Virus record (IMG/VR): IMGVR_UViG_3300032241_002220
Span: 1 to 25,375 of that record
DNA length: 25,375 nt
Strand: one strand, 5' to 3'
DNA from: a virus
Taxonomy: Duplodnaviria > Heunggongvirae > Uroviricota > Caudoviricetes
Part shown: positions 13,645 through 22,589 of the stretch, piece after piece
Numbering within the stretch: the stretch's first letter is position 1
Layout: the number at the start of each line of letters is the position of its first letter
Made by a program: the position numbers and the translations under genes
Notes under the pieces: model-generated
Database searches by the model: none
What the model was told of the DNA's origin: nothing
Seen by the model: only the letters and a program-made list of their open reading frames with translations

Positions 13645-16239
13645 ATGTATCAAGCAATTTATTTTGACAGGGAAGAAAAACAATATTATCTTAGAGATGA
13701 TGAAAAAGGATGGAAATCATTTCAATATTGGCCCACTTACTATTATCCAGACGAAGATGGTGAATTTGAAACATTGGATGGTAACAGAGTAAGCCCTGTT
13801 AAAAGAATAAAAGATTGGAATGACACCAACTATTATGAAAAAGATGTAGACAAATGTACACGATTGCTTGTTGATTATTATTATGAATCTGATGAAACCC
13901 CAAATCATCACAATATTATTTACTTAGATATTGAGTGTGAAATAGCAGGAGCGTTAACTGAAGATAGTATTAAAAACGCTCCTACTAAAATCACATCTGT
14001 TGCTTTATATGATAATAACAGTAAAAAATATTACTGTTTGATTCTAGATGAAGCAAAATTAATGAAGAAAGTAAATGATAAAAGTAAAGAAGTAATTCCT
14101 TATCATAATGAAAAAGAATTACTTGATGGTTTCCTAGACATTTGGATTGATTTAGACCCAACCATTATTACAGGATGGAATAGTGGATTTTTTGATATTC
14201 CTTATTTATATTATCGCATTAGTAAAGTATTGGGAGAATCAAAAGCCAATATGCTATCACCATTAGGTAAAGTACATTTTACACCCCAATTTCCAGAACA
14301 ACCCGTTAATTTAGCAGGTATTAATCACCTAGATTATATGTTGTTGTTTAAGAAATTTATTACTAAACAGGAACCAAGTTATCGTTTAGGTGATATAGGT
14401 ACAAAATATGTTAATTTAGGTAAAATTGATTATAAAGGTTCATTGGATAAATTATTTAAAGAAGACGTAAATAAGTTTATTGAATATAATATTCGTGACG
14501 TTGAAATTATTGTTGAATTAGAAAAAAGTCAAAAATTTATTGATTTAACAGTAGCTATTGCTCACTTATGTCATACAGAATATGAACAAATTTATTTTTC
14601 AACAATGTTAAATGAAGGAGCAATTTTAACCTATTTAAAACGTAGAGGTATTGTTTCTCCAAATAAACCAACAACTTATAATCCTGCCTTAAAAGAATTA
14701 AAAGAAGAATATGCCGGTGGATATTTAAAAGATCCGGTTCCTGGTTTATACGAGTGGGTTATTGATCTAGATTTTACATCACTGTATCCTTCAATTATTC
14801 GTTCTTTAAACATGGGAATTGAAACATTAGTAGGACGTGTTGTAAATAAAGGTAAATTTGATAATCAATGGTCTCTTAAGGAATTAAAGGAAATGAATCC
14901 TGAAACTATTGTTACTGTTGAAAAAGTAAAAAAAGACAAACGATTATCTCAAGCTCAAATTTCTATAGGTAAATTAATTGAATTAATAGAAGAAAATAAT
15001 CTATTAATATCAGCACCTGGTGTTATGTTCCGTAAGGATAAAGCAAGTGTGGTTTGTGAAATTTTATCTGATTGGTTTGATAAACGTCAAGAGTATAAAA
15101 AATTGATGAGAAAAGCATTTAAAGAAGATAAAGATCCGGTTATGGGTGAATTTTACAATCGCCAACAACACGCATATAAAATTAAATTAAACGACGTCTA
15201 TGGTGTATTCGCGATAAATGGTTGGAGATATACAGACGGAAATAAATTCATTTCTAAAGCGATTACTTTAACAGGTCAACGTTTAATCCAAGAATCCATT
15301 AAATTTACAAATAATTGGATGAATGAACAGTTAGGCACTGATGGTAAAGATTATATTGTAACCTCTGATACCGACTCATTATTTATTCAAGTTAAAGACC
15401 TAATACTACAACGCAACCCAGAATTAAAAGGTGCTAGTCGTGAAGAAATTACTGCTGAAGTATTAAAAGTGGCTACTGAAATACAAAAATTAGCAAATGC
15501 TCATCTTCATGTTTTGGTTAAGGAATTATTTAATGTTGATTATCCTAATGAGCCTCATTATTTTGAATTAAAACAAGAAGTTGTACTTGAACGAGGTTAT
15601 TTTTCAGGTAAAAGAAGATACGCTCAATTTATAGTAAATAAAGAAGGTGTACCTGTAGAAGAATTAGATATGAAAGGTTTAGATTTGATGAAATCTAATT
15701 TCCCACCATTGTTTAAAAACTTTGGAGAACATATCCTTAAGGAATTAATGTTTGGTAAAACTAAATCTTCTATTGATAAACAAATACTTGATTTTAGAAC
15801 ATCGCTACGAACCGTAGAATGGGAAAAAATACTTAAACCAACAGGTTTAAAACATTTAGAAGGTTATATTGCTCGAGGTCCTGGAGCTGGTGAAATATTT
15901 TCAAAATTAGCATTAAAGTGTCCTATTAATACTAAAGCAGCAATTTATTTTAATGATTTGGTTCGTTTTAAAAAGCTAGACAAAAAATACCCTACATTTC
16001 AAATTGGTGATAAAATGTTTATAGCTTATTTAAAAGAAAATCCATATAAAATAGATGTTATAGGATTTAACGGATATAATGATCCTCCAGAAATAATGGA
16101 ATTTATTGAAAAATATATTGACCGTGATGGTATATTTGAATCTGTTATGAAGAATAAATTAGAATCGGTTTATGCTGATTTAGGGTGGGGTTCACCTGTA
16201 TTTAACAATAATGTAAGTAAGTTTTTTACATTTGGCTAA
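13645..16239 (+). CDS. family B DNA polymerase (T4 gp43-like) with 3'-5' exonuclease domain
   Basis: ExoI LDIECE, ExoII GWNSGFFDIPY, ExoIII YNIRD; motif A DFTSLYPS, motif B KIKLNDVYG, motif C SDTDS; then KRRY and KGLD. Confidence 0.96.
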   Translation: MYQAIYFDREEKQYYLRDDEKGWKSFQYWPTYYYPDEDGEFETLDGNRVSPVKRIKDWNDTNYYEKDVDKCTRLLVDYYYESDETPNHHNIIYLDIECEIAGALTEDSIKNAPTKITSVALYDNNSKKYYCLILDEAKLMKKVNDKSKEVIPYHNEKELLDGFLDIWIDLDPTIITGWNSGFFDIPYLYYRISKVLGESKANMLSPLGKVHFTPQFPEQPVNLAGINHLDYMLLFKKFITKQEPSYRLGDIGTKYVNLGKIDYKGSLDKLFKEDVNKFIEYNIRDVEIIVELEKSQKFIDLTVAIAHLCHTEYEQIYFSTMLNEGAILTYLKRRGIVSPNKPTTYNPALKELKEEYAGGYLKDPVPGLYEWVIDLDFTSLYPSIIRSLNMGIETLVGRVVNKGKFDNQWSLKELKEMNPETIVTVEKVKKDKRLSQAQISIGKLIELIEENNLLISAPGVMFRKDKASVVCEILSDWFDKRQEYKKLMRKAFKEDKDPVMGEFYNRQQHAYKIKLNDVYGVFAINGWRYTDGNKFISKAITLTGQRLIQESIKFTNNWMNEQLGTDGKDYIVTSDTDSLFIQVKDLILQRNPELKGASREEITAEVLKVATEIQKLANAHLHVLVKELFNVDYPNEPHYFELKQEVVLERGYFSGKRRYAQFIVNKEGVPVEELDMKGLDLMKSNFPPLFKNFGEHILKELMFGKTKSSIDKQILDFRTSLRTVEWEKILKPTGLKHLEGYIARGPGAGEIFSKLALKCPINTKAAIYFNDLVRFKKLDKKYPTFQIGDKMFIAYLKENPYKIDVIGFNGYNDPPEIMEFIEKYIDRDGIFESVMKNKLESVYADLGWGSPVFNNNVSKFFTFG

Positions 16240-16262
16240 GCCAATAAATTTTATTATATTAC
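16231..16262 (+). promoter_or_regulatory. putative promoter TTTGG-N19-TATATTAC overlapping the polymerase 3' end
   Basis: TTTG at 16231-16234, a 20-nt spacer and TATATTAC at 16255-16262. An inverted repeat TTGGC-TAA-GCCAA lies at 16232-16244. Confidence 0.65.
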
Positions 16263-16266
16263 ACGT

Positions 16267-17007
16267 ATGATTAGTAAATTAGATCTCATTGCCGTTATAT
16301 CAAAATATTATTTAAACGGAATGAATGAAGCAGTTAGATGGGAAATCAAAGACGAAACAATAACAATTCGTTTTACTTCACCGGCTAAAGAAATGATTGG
16401 TAGTGTTGTTTTTAAAGGTATGCCCCTTGAAGATTCAACTATTGCTATAAGCAATACCACTCAATTAAATAAATTATTATCCATTACTGGTGGTTATTTG
16501 GATTTAAAATATGTTAAACAAAACAAATTAATCCAAAAACTAATCATTGCTGATAATCAATTTACGCTTAATTATACTTTAGCTGATTTGATGATTATTC
16601 CCAAAACAGGCGAATTAAGCGGTGATGTTGTTTTTAACATGGAAGCAGAATTAGATAATGAAAGTATTAATGCTATTGTAAAGGCTAAATCAGCATTGGT
16701 TGAAAGTGAAACAGTAGTAATAAAACCAACTTCAAATGCTGATGGTGAATTTCAATTAGAACTTGAATTTGGTGGTAATGTAGAATATGCAAATAAAGTA
16801 TCTTTTTATATTCCTAATATATCAACATCAAATACTCCCGAAGAATTTAAAGTCCATTACAATTCAGGTATGATTAAAGAAATTATGTACTGTAATAAAG
16901 ATATGGTTAAAGGACATATTGCTATTAATCTGGATGGATTGATGAAATTAGAATTCGAGAATGAAAATCTTAAAAGTACTTATTATCTTGTTGCAAATGA
17001 GATATAG
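16267..17007 (+). CDS. putative sliding clamp (T4 gp45-like)
   Basis: 246 aa with an alternating beta/alpha pattern of clamp size. It directly follows the polymerase in a region that also encodes clamp-loader subunits. The call rests largely on size and synteny. Confidence 0.65.
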   Translation: MISKLDLIAVISKYYLNGMNEAVRWEIKDETITIRFTSPAKEMIGSVVFKGMPLEDSTIAISNTTQLNKLLSITGGYLDLKYVKQNKLIQKLIIADNQFTLNYTLADLMIIPKTGELSGDVVFNMEAELDNESINAIVKAKSALVESETVVIKPTSNADGEFQLELEFGGNVEYANKVSFYIPNISTSNTPEEFKVHYNSGMIKEIMYCNKDMVKGHIAINLDGLMKLEFENENLKSTYYLVANEI

Positions 17008-17055
17008 GGCTATATATTTATATAATTTTTTATAGATTTCATATATTTATAATAG

Positions 17056-17220
17056 ATGAAACAACAAACTAAAGCAATTCAAATTGATGTTAAAATTCAC
17101 AAACAACTAAAAAAACATTGTGATGATAATGGTTTAAAAATGCAAAAGTTAGTTGAAAAAATAATTATAAATGAGATAGAACATGATAGGGATTTACAAA
17201 ATAATAAACCCCAAAGATAA
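17056..17220 (+). CDS. ribbon-helix-helix-like small DNA-binding protein (54 aa), not in the ORF track
   Basis: My translation: MKQQTKAIQIDVKIHKQLKKHCDDNGLKMQKLVEKIIINEIEHDRDLQNNKPQR*. It shows the strand (KAIQID) - helix - G turn - helix pattern and overlaps the HE3 start by 38 nt. Confidence 0.65.
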   Translation: MKQQTKAIQIDVKIHKQLKKHCDDNGLKMQKLVEKIIINEIEHDRDLQNNKPQR

Positions 17221-17860
17221 AATTTATATTGGACAAACAGTAAATTGGGATAGAAGAAAAAAAGATTATAAAATTTTAAGATGTAAAGGTCAAATAAAAT
17301 TATATAATTCATTTAAAAAATATGGGATTGAAAATCATATATTTGAAATTATAGAAGAATGTTCTGTTGAAGATCTTAATAAAAAAGAAAGATATTGGCA
17401 AGATTTTCACAATGTTTTAGAAAATGGTCTTAATTGTAGATTAACAACCTCTGAAGATAAAAGTGGTTTTCTTTCTGAAGAAACAAAATTAAAAATGAGA
17501 GGAAAAAAACAAAGTAATGACCATAAACAAAAACTTGGTAAAAGTAGAAAAGGAAAAAAAAGAACAGAAGAAACAAAACAAAAAATGATTAATTCAAGTT
17601 ACATTAAAGGAAAAAAAAGAACAGAAGAAACAAAACAAAAAATAAGCAAAACTCATTTAAAACTTAAAATTACTAGATTCAATAAACATCTTAATAAACC
17701 TATTATTCAATATAATAAACAAGGTATTTTTATTAAAGAATGGATCAACGCTACAGAAGCGGCTAAAAATTTAAATAAAGCAAGTGTTGCCATTTCTGAG
17801 TGTTGTAATGAAAAAAGAAAATCAGCTTATGGGTTTGTTTGGAAATTTAAAACAAATTAG
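17183..17860 (+). CDS. free-standing GIY-YIG homing endonuclease with NUMOD3 repeats and NUMOD1 (HE3)
   Basis: Canonical GIYKI...IYIGQT..R, L..SFKKYG..N..FEIIE, E..W and NGLN; KGKKRTEETKQK twice; C-terminal NUMOD1 ending KSAYGFVWKF. Confidence 0.92.
   Translation: MIGIYKIINPKDKIYIGQTVNWDRRKKDYKILRCKGQIKLYNSFKKYGIENHIFEIIEECSVEDLNKKERYWQDFHNVLENGLNCRLTTSEDKSGFLSEETKLKMRGKKQSNDHKQKLGKSRKGKKRTEETKQKMINSSYIKGKKRTEETKQKISKTHLKLKITRFNKHLNKPIIQYNKQGIFIKEWINATEAAKNLNKASVAISECCNEKRKSAYGFVWKFKTN
17549..17643 (+). repeat. exact 38-bp direct repeat inside HE3 (17549-17586 and 17606-17643)
   Basis: AAAGGAAAAAAAAGAACAGAAGAAACAAAACAAAAAAT twice with a 57-nt period, encoding KGKKRTEETKQK. Confidence 0.9.
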
Positions 17861-17869
17861 TTATATTAA
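17838..17869 (+). promoter_or_regulatory. putative promoter TTTGG-N19-TATATTAA embedded in the last codons of HE3, upstream of groES
   Basis: TTTG at 17838-17841 comes from the Val-Trp codons (GTT TGG); a 20-nt spacer; TATATTAA at 17862-17869. Confidence 0.6.
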
Positions 17870-17880
17870 TAATATAAATT

Positions 17881-18180
17881 ATGGAAAAATTAAAGTTACA
17901 AGCTGTGTACAATGCAATCATCGTGAAACCATTCGATGAACAAGAAACCAAATACGGAAACATTATCGTACCCGATTTAGGAAAAGAAAGAAATTTAAGC
18001 GGCACTGTTGTGTCTGTAGGACCAGGTCAATATTCTATTACTGGTGAATTACTACCTACAATGTTAAAAGAAGGTCAAAAGGTTATTTTACCTCAAATGG
18101 GACCTGTAAAAGTAGAAGACGATGGTGTAGAATACTACGTTTGCCCAGAAAATCAAGTACTTGCTATTATTAATGATTAA
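17881..18180 (+). CDS. groES: co-chaperonin GroES
   Basis: mobile loop ETKYGNIIVPD, GTVVSVGPG, LKEGQKV and a C-terminal VLAII. Confidence 0.9.
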   Translation: MEKLKLQAVYNAIIVKPFDEQETKYGNIIVPDLGKERNLSGTVVSVGPGQYSITGELLPTMLKEGQKVILPQMGPVKVEDDGVEYYVCPENQVLAIIND

Positions 18181-18195
18181 AAATAAATAAGTTAT

Positions 18196-19812
18196 ATGAG
18201 TAAAATTATAGAATTCGGCCCAGAGGCTAGAAAAAAATTATTTAATGGAGTTGAGAAATTATCCAACGCTGTTACATCAACTTTAGGCCCTAATGGTCGT
18301 AATGTTGTTATTTCAAAACCAGGTGAATATCCCCAATCTACAAAGGATGGTGTTACAGTAGCAAAAGCAATAACCCTTGAAGACCCAATTGAAGAATTAG
18401 GTGTACAAATGGTTAAACAAGCCGCTATTAAAACAGCAGATACAGCCGGTGATGGTACAACTACATCAACTTTATTGGCTGCTGAAATGGTTAAACAAGG
18501 TTTAACGTATTTAAATAACGGAGCCAACGCAGTAGAAATTAAACGCGGTATAGATGTTGCTGTTAAAGATGTACTTGAATTTATTCGTACAACAATCAAA
18601 GAAAACATTTCATCTGAAGATCAATTAAAACAAGTTGCCTCTATTTCTGCAAATAACGATCCTGAAGTAGGAGAACTAATTGCTACAGCAATGCAAAAAG
18701 TAGGACGTGAAGGTGTTGTTCATATTGAAGAATCAAAATCAGGCGAAACATATCTTGAAACAGTAGAAGGTATGCAATTTGACCGTGGTTATAAATCACC
18801 ATATTTTGTTACAGACAACAATAATATGTCTTGTACTCTAAATGATGTTTTGATTCTAATGTTGGATAAGAAAATTACCCAAGTAAAAGAATTGTTACCT
18901 ATACTTGAATCCGTATCTGCTCAAAATAAATCATTGTTAATAGTAGCTGAAGATATTGAAGGTGAAGCATTAGCAACACTTATTGTAAATAAAGCTAGAG
19001 GTATATTAAAAGTAGCAGCTGTAAAAGCTCCTGATTTTGGTGATCGTCGTAAATTGATTTTGGAAGATATGGCTATTCTAACAGGTGGTCAAGTGTTTAG
19101 TACTGAAAAAGGTATGAAACTAGATCGTTTCGATATGGGTTGGTTTGGTAAAGCTAGAGTAGTTACTGTTAATAAAGACACTACCACTATTGTGGATGGT
19201 AAAGGTGATGAACTAGCAATTAACCAACGTATTTCAGAACTACAACAACAAATTGAAGGTTCTAAATCAAATTTTGAACAAGAAAAATTACAAGAACGTT
19301 TAGCTAAGTTTACAGGTGGTGTAGCAATTGTTCACGTAGGTGGAAATACTGAAACCGAAATGAAAGAAAAGAAAGACCGTGTAGATGATGCTTTACATGC
19401 TACAAAAGCAGCCATTGAAGAAGGTATTGTACCAGGTGGTGGAGTAGCATTATTACACGCGCGTAATGGTATTAAAAACCGTGATACTATTGGTTCTAAT
19501 ATAGTTTGGCATGCTTGTGCAGCCCCACTTAATAAAATACTTAAAAACGCAGGTTATGAAGATCTAGCAATATTCCAAGTTACAAGTGATACTAACAACA
19601 GTGAAAATTGGAATGGTTGGGATTTGAAAGAAGAAAAATTAACTAACATGAAAGAAGCAGGAATCATTGATCCAGCCAAAGTAACCCGTTGCGCTCTTGA
19701 AAATGCAGCATCAGTAGCAGGAACCATTTTGTTAACAGAATGTACTGTTGTTGATAAACCAGAAGAAAAGAAAGCAGACGAAGGATTTGGAGGTATGGGA
19801 GGAATGTTTTAA
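18196..19812 (+). CDS. groEL: chaperonin GroEL
   Basis: TLGPNGRNV, TKDGVTVAK, AGDGTTT, EGMQFDRGY, KAPDFGDRR, ERLAK..GGVA, EEGIVPGGG and a GGMGGMF tail. Confidence 0.98.
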   Translation: MSKIIEFGPEARKKLFNGVEKLSNAVTSTLGPNGRNVVISKPGEYPQSTKDGVTVAKAITLEDPIEELGVQMVKQAAIKTADTAGDGTTTSTLLAAEMVKQGLTYLNNGANAVEIKRGIDVAVKDVLEFIRTTIKENISSEDQLKQVASISANNDPEVGELIATAMQKVGREGVVHIEESKSGETYLETVEGMQFDRGYKSPYFVTDNNNMSCTLNDVLILMLDKKITQVKELLPILESVSAQNKSLLIVAEDIEGEALATLIVNKARGILKVAAVKAPDFGDRRKLILEDMAILTGGQVFSTEKGMKLDRFDMGWFGKARVVTVNKDTTTIVDGKGDELAINQRISELQQQIEGSKSNFEQEKLQERLAKFTGGVAIVHVGGNTETEMKEKKDRVDDALHATKAAIEEGIVPGGGVALLHARNGIKNRDTIGSNIVWHACAAPLNKILKNAGYEDLAIFQVTSDTNNSENWNGWDLKEEKLTNMKEAGIIDPAKVTRCALENAASVAGTILLTECTVVDKPEEKKADEGFGGMGGMF

Positions 19813-19822
19813 CTTTTAGATA

Positions 19823-20077
19823 ATGGCTAAAAAAGTAAAAGAAACCAATATATTAATCGCTACAAGACAGCCACCTGGTGACAGGTGGTTGCTTGTTGGT
19901 GATGATAAAATTTACAATTCACTTACAAGTACTTTAGAAGCCTTTTTTCAAAAAGTAAAAGAACCTTGTGAATTTAGACTTGCTCCTTTAAAAGGAGAGT
20001 TGTATGTTATTACAACACAAGAAGCACAAATAAAAGAAATACCACCTAAAAAATCTAGTATCTACGGTGATCATTAA
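19823..20077 (+). CDS. hypothetical protein (84 aa)
   Basis: ORF track; fills the gap between groEL and the clamp loader. Confidence 0.6.
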   Translation: MAKKVKETNILIATRQPPGDRWLLVGDDKIYNSLTSTLEAFFQKVKEPCEFRLAPLKGELYVITTQEAQIKEIPPKKSSIYGDH

Positions 20078-20093
20078 GTTATAAAAAATAGTT

Positions 20094-21023
20094 ATGAAAC
20101 AACACACTATATTAAATGAGAAGTACAGGCCTGATACTTTAGAAGGTTATGTTACTACAGCTGAAAATAAAGCCAAATTTCAGGAATTTATTGATAAACA
20201 AGATATTCCACATCTATTGTTTGCTGGTAAACCTGGTTCAGGTAAAACTACGTTAGCTAAAATATTGGTTAACAACATTAGTTGTGATTTTCTTTACATC
20301 AATGCTGCCGACGAGAGAAGTATGGATGTTATGAGGGAAAAAGTAGGTGCATTCGCTGCAGCAAGTAGTTTTAAACCACTTAAAATTGTAATATTAGATG
20401 AAGCAACTCATATATTACAAGCATCCCAGGTAGTATTGTTAAACATGATGGAAACATATAGTTTAAAAACCCGTTTTATTTTAACAGGTAACTATCCAGA
20501 ACGTTTAATAGATCCACTTCGTAGCCGTTGTCAAGAATTTGATTTGCAACCACCATCTAAAAAGGTAATTGCTCAACATATTGATAATATCTTGACTAAA
20601 GAAGGTATAGAACATACCTTGGAAGATATTGCTATTATAATTAAGAAATTTTATCCCGATTATAGACGAATCATTAATAGTTGTCAAAAATATACTGTTA
20701 ATAATGTTTTAACATTAGACAATACCATTAATGTATCTAATGATCATAAGGAAAAAATATTAACCGAATTAAAATCACCATCAACTAAATCATTTAACAA
20801 TATTAGACAAATATTAGCGGATGCTGATTTAAGTGATTATGAGGATATGTATAGATTCCTGTATGATAATTTAGGTGATTATTCTAAAGGAAATGATGGT
20901 ATGATTATAATCTATATCGAAGAATATAAATTCCATTCATTATCAAGGGTAGATCAAGAAATATGTTTTATAGCCTTGATTTCAAAAATATTATCAACAA
21001 TTTCAAATAAAAAAGTATTATGA
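20094..21023 (+). CDS. clamp loader AAA+ subunit (RFC small subunit / T4 gp44-like)
   Basis: EKYRP (RFC box II), HLLFAGKPGSGKTT, INAADER, VILDEA, FILTGNY and PLRSRC (SRC motif). Confidence 0.93.
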   Translation: MKQHTILNEKYRPDTLEGYVTTAENKAKFQEFIDKQDIPHLLFAGKPGSGKTTLAKILVNNISCDFLYINAADERSMDVMREKVGAFAAASSFKPLKIVILDEATHILQASQVVLLNMMETYSLKTRFILTGNYPERLIDPLRSRCQEFDLQPPSKKVIAQHIDNILTKEGIEHTLEDIAIIIKKFYPDYRRIINSCQKYTVNNVLTLDNTINVSNDHKEKILTELKSPSTKSFNNIRQILADADLSDYEDMYRFLYDNLGDYSKGNDGMIIIYIEEYKFHSLSRVDQEICFIALISKILSTISNKKVL

Positions 21024-21265
21024 GTCAACAACAAAAATTAAACCTAAACATTGACATTAAGTCAACAACACCTATTGTTTCTCCTGATGGAAATAAACTT
21101 TTTGGAGAAGGTGTGATACTACGTAAAGTATCAAAGTTTGTAGCTGGAACTTCAGAGGATGCTGTTATTCCTATTCCTGTGTTCTATGATATAAAAACAG
21201 GAAATATATTAGTTGAAATGTTACCTAAAGAACTAAGAGAAGAATTTAAAGATGCTAATATTTGA
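21020..21265 (+). CDS. hypothetical protein (81 aa) between the clamp-loader genes
   Basis: ATGA overlap upstream and a 14-nt overlap downstream. Confidence 0.65.
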   Translation: MSQQQKLNLNIDIKSTTPIVSPDGNKLFGEGVILRKVSKFVAGTSEDAVIPIPVFYDIKTGNILVEMLPKELREEFKDANI

Positions 21266-21674
21266 TTGGTTAAAACAGATTACTTTAATTAAAAAACCTT
21301 GGGAATCATTCTCAGAAGACGATAAATCATCATTTAATCCTTATATGATTCACCGTTTTATAAGCATGAATGAGGGATATATTGCTATTGCGAATTACGT
21401 TCAAGTTATACCTTATACTGAAAAAGAAAAAATATATAAAATATATTGCGATATGATTCCTAAGAAAAATGTATTTTTAAAATACATCAAACCATCTAAA
21501 AAACGTGTATCTGAAGATATTCTGCAGTACGTTGCTAAAGAATATTGCATCTCATTAGGAGAAGCAGAAGATTATTTGTATCTTTTGGGTAAAGATGGTA
21601 TAGAATATATTCTAACGAAACACGGCGTTGATGAAAAATTACAGAAAAAACTATTAAAAGAAATTACAATATGA
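21252..21674 (+). CDS. putative clamp loader small subunit (T4 gp62-like)
   Basis: FNPYMIHRFISM...IAN resembles the gp62 Y/F-x-P-F-M-x-N-R segment. Size and proximity to the gp44-like gene fit. Confidence 0.6.
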   Translation: MLIFDWLKQITLIKKPWESFSEDDKSSFNPYMIHRFISMNEGYIAIANYVQVIPYTEKEKIYKIYCDMIPKKNVFLKYIKPSKKRVSEDILQYVAKEYCISLGEAEDYLYLLGKDGIEYILTKHGVDEKLQKKLLKEITI

Positions 21675-22054
21675 CAAAAAACAACGAAATATATCCTTAT
21701 ACCACAACCAAACCATTTACCTCAATTGAGGTTTTTGAACAAACATATCCTGAATTAGCTAAAGAATTTAAGCAAATTCAAGAGGAACAATACGAATTGT
21801 TTGCTGAAAAAATGCTTGATTATGGTATAGAAAATATTGCTTTAGGATCTGATTTATCAAATTTTGAAGATGTAAAACTTTCTCTTACTGGTATTTGGCT
21901 TAGATGTAATGATAAAATCAACCGTTTGAAAAATATTTTAAAGCGTGGTGGTAAAAATTATGTTGAAGGAGAATCTATGATAGATAGTTTTATTGATATT
22001 GCTAATTATGGAATCATAGCCCAATTAGTAGCTAAAGAAAAATGGAAAAAATAA
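21671..22054 (+). CDS. DUF1599/Nmad1-like all-alpha nucleotide pyrophosphohydrolase-fold protein
   Basis: K..DYG..N, RCNDKINRL and ES..DSFIDIANYGII. Confidence 0.7.
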   Translation: MTKNNEIYPYTTTKPFTSIEVFEQTYPELAKEFKQIQEEQYELFAEKMLDYGIENIALGSDLSNFEDVKLSLTGIWLRCNDKINRLKNILKRGGKNYVEGESMIDSFIDIANYGIIAQLVAKEKWKK

Positions 22055-22055
22055 T

Positions 22056-22589
22056 ATGCCTACAAGTTCAAATGATTTAAAAAGTGCAATATTCGAACAC
22101 ATCAGAACAATGGTGTTAGAACATTTACCTCAACGTTATAAAATATTAGATGTTGGACCGGGAATAGGTACTTATGGAATGAATCTATCTGATTTAAATA
22201 TTGATGCTATTGAAATTCATGAACCTTATATTGAACAATATGGTATTAGACAATATTATCGTAATGTGTTTATAGGGGATATTACTGAATTTGAAATAGA
22301 TGATTATGATTATATTATTATAGGAGATGTTTTAGAACATCTTCCTATTGATAAAGCACAGAAATTGATTCAATCAATTAATAATAAAAATATCAAATGT
22401 TTAGTTGCTGTTCCTTATTTATGCCCCCAGGATGCTGTTGATGGAGTAGAATCAGAAATACATTACCAATGGGATTTAACACCTCGAATAATGAAATCAA
22501 GATACCCAGAACTAGAATTGTTTTTAAGTAACAATAAGATAAATGGGTATGCTTATTATACAAACTATCATACATTCAATAAGTTTTGA
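22056..22589 (+). CDS. class I SAM-dependent methyltransferase
   Basis: Motif I ILDVGPGIG, IDAIE, GDI and YDYIIIGDVLEHL. There is no DPPY/NPPY/PC DNA-methyltransferase motif. Confidence 0.85.
   Translation: MPTSSNDLKSAIFEHIRTMVLEHLPQRYKILDVGPGIGTYGMNLSDLNIDAIEIHEPYIEQYGIRQYYRNVFIGDITEFEIDDYDYIIIGDVLEHLPIDKAQKLIQSINNKNIKCLVAVPYLCPQDAVDGVESEIHYQWDLTPRIMKSRYPELELFLSNNKINGYAYYTNYHTFNKF

Noticed and set aside
13645-16239. Intein or intron in the polymerase or other conserved genes
   Set aside because: Motif spacing is normal, with no splice-junction motifs or embedded endonuclease. All three endonucleases are intergenic.
22056-22589. DNA methyltransferase call
   Set aside because: It lacks the DPPY/NPPY and PC catalytic motifs; DVLEHL is typical of small-molecule or glycan methyltransferases.
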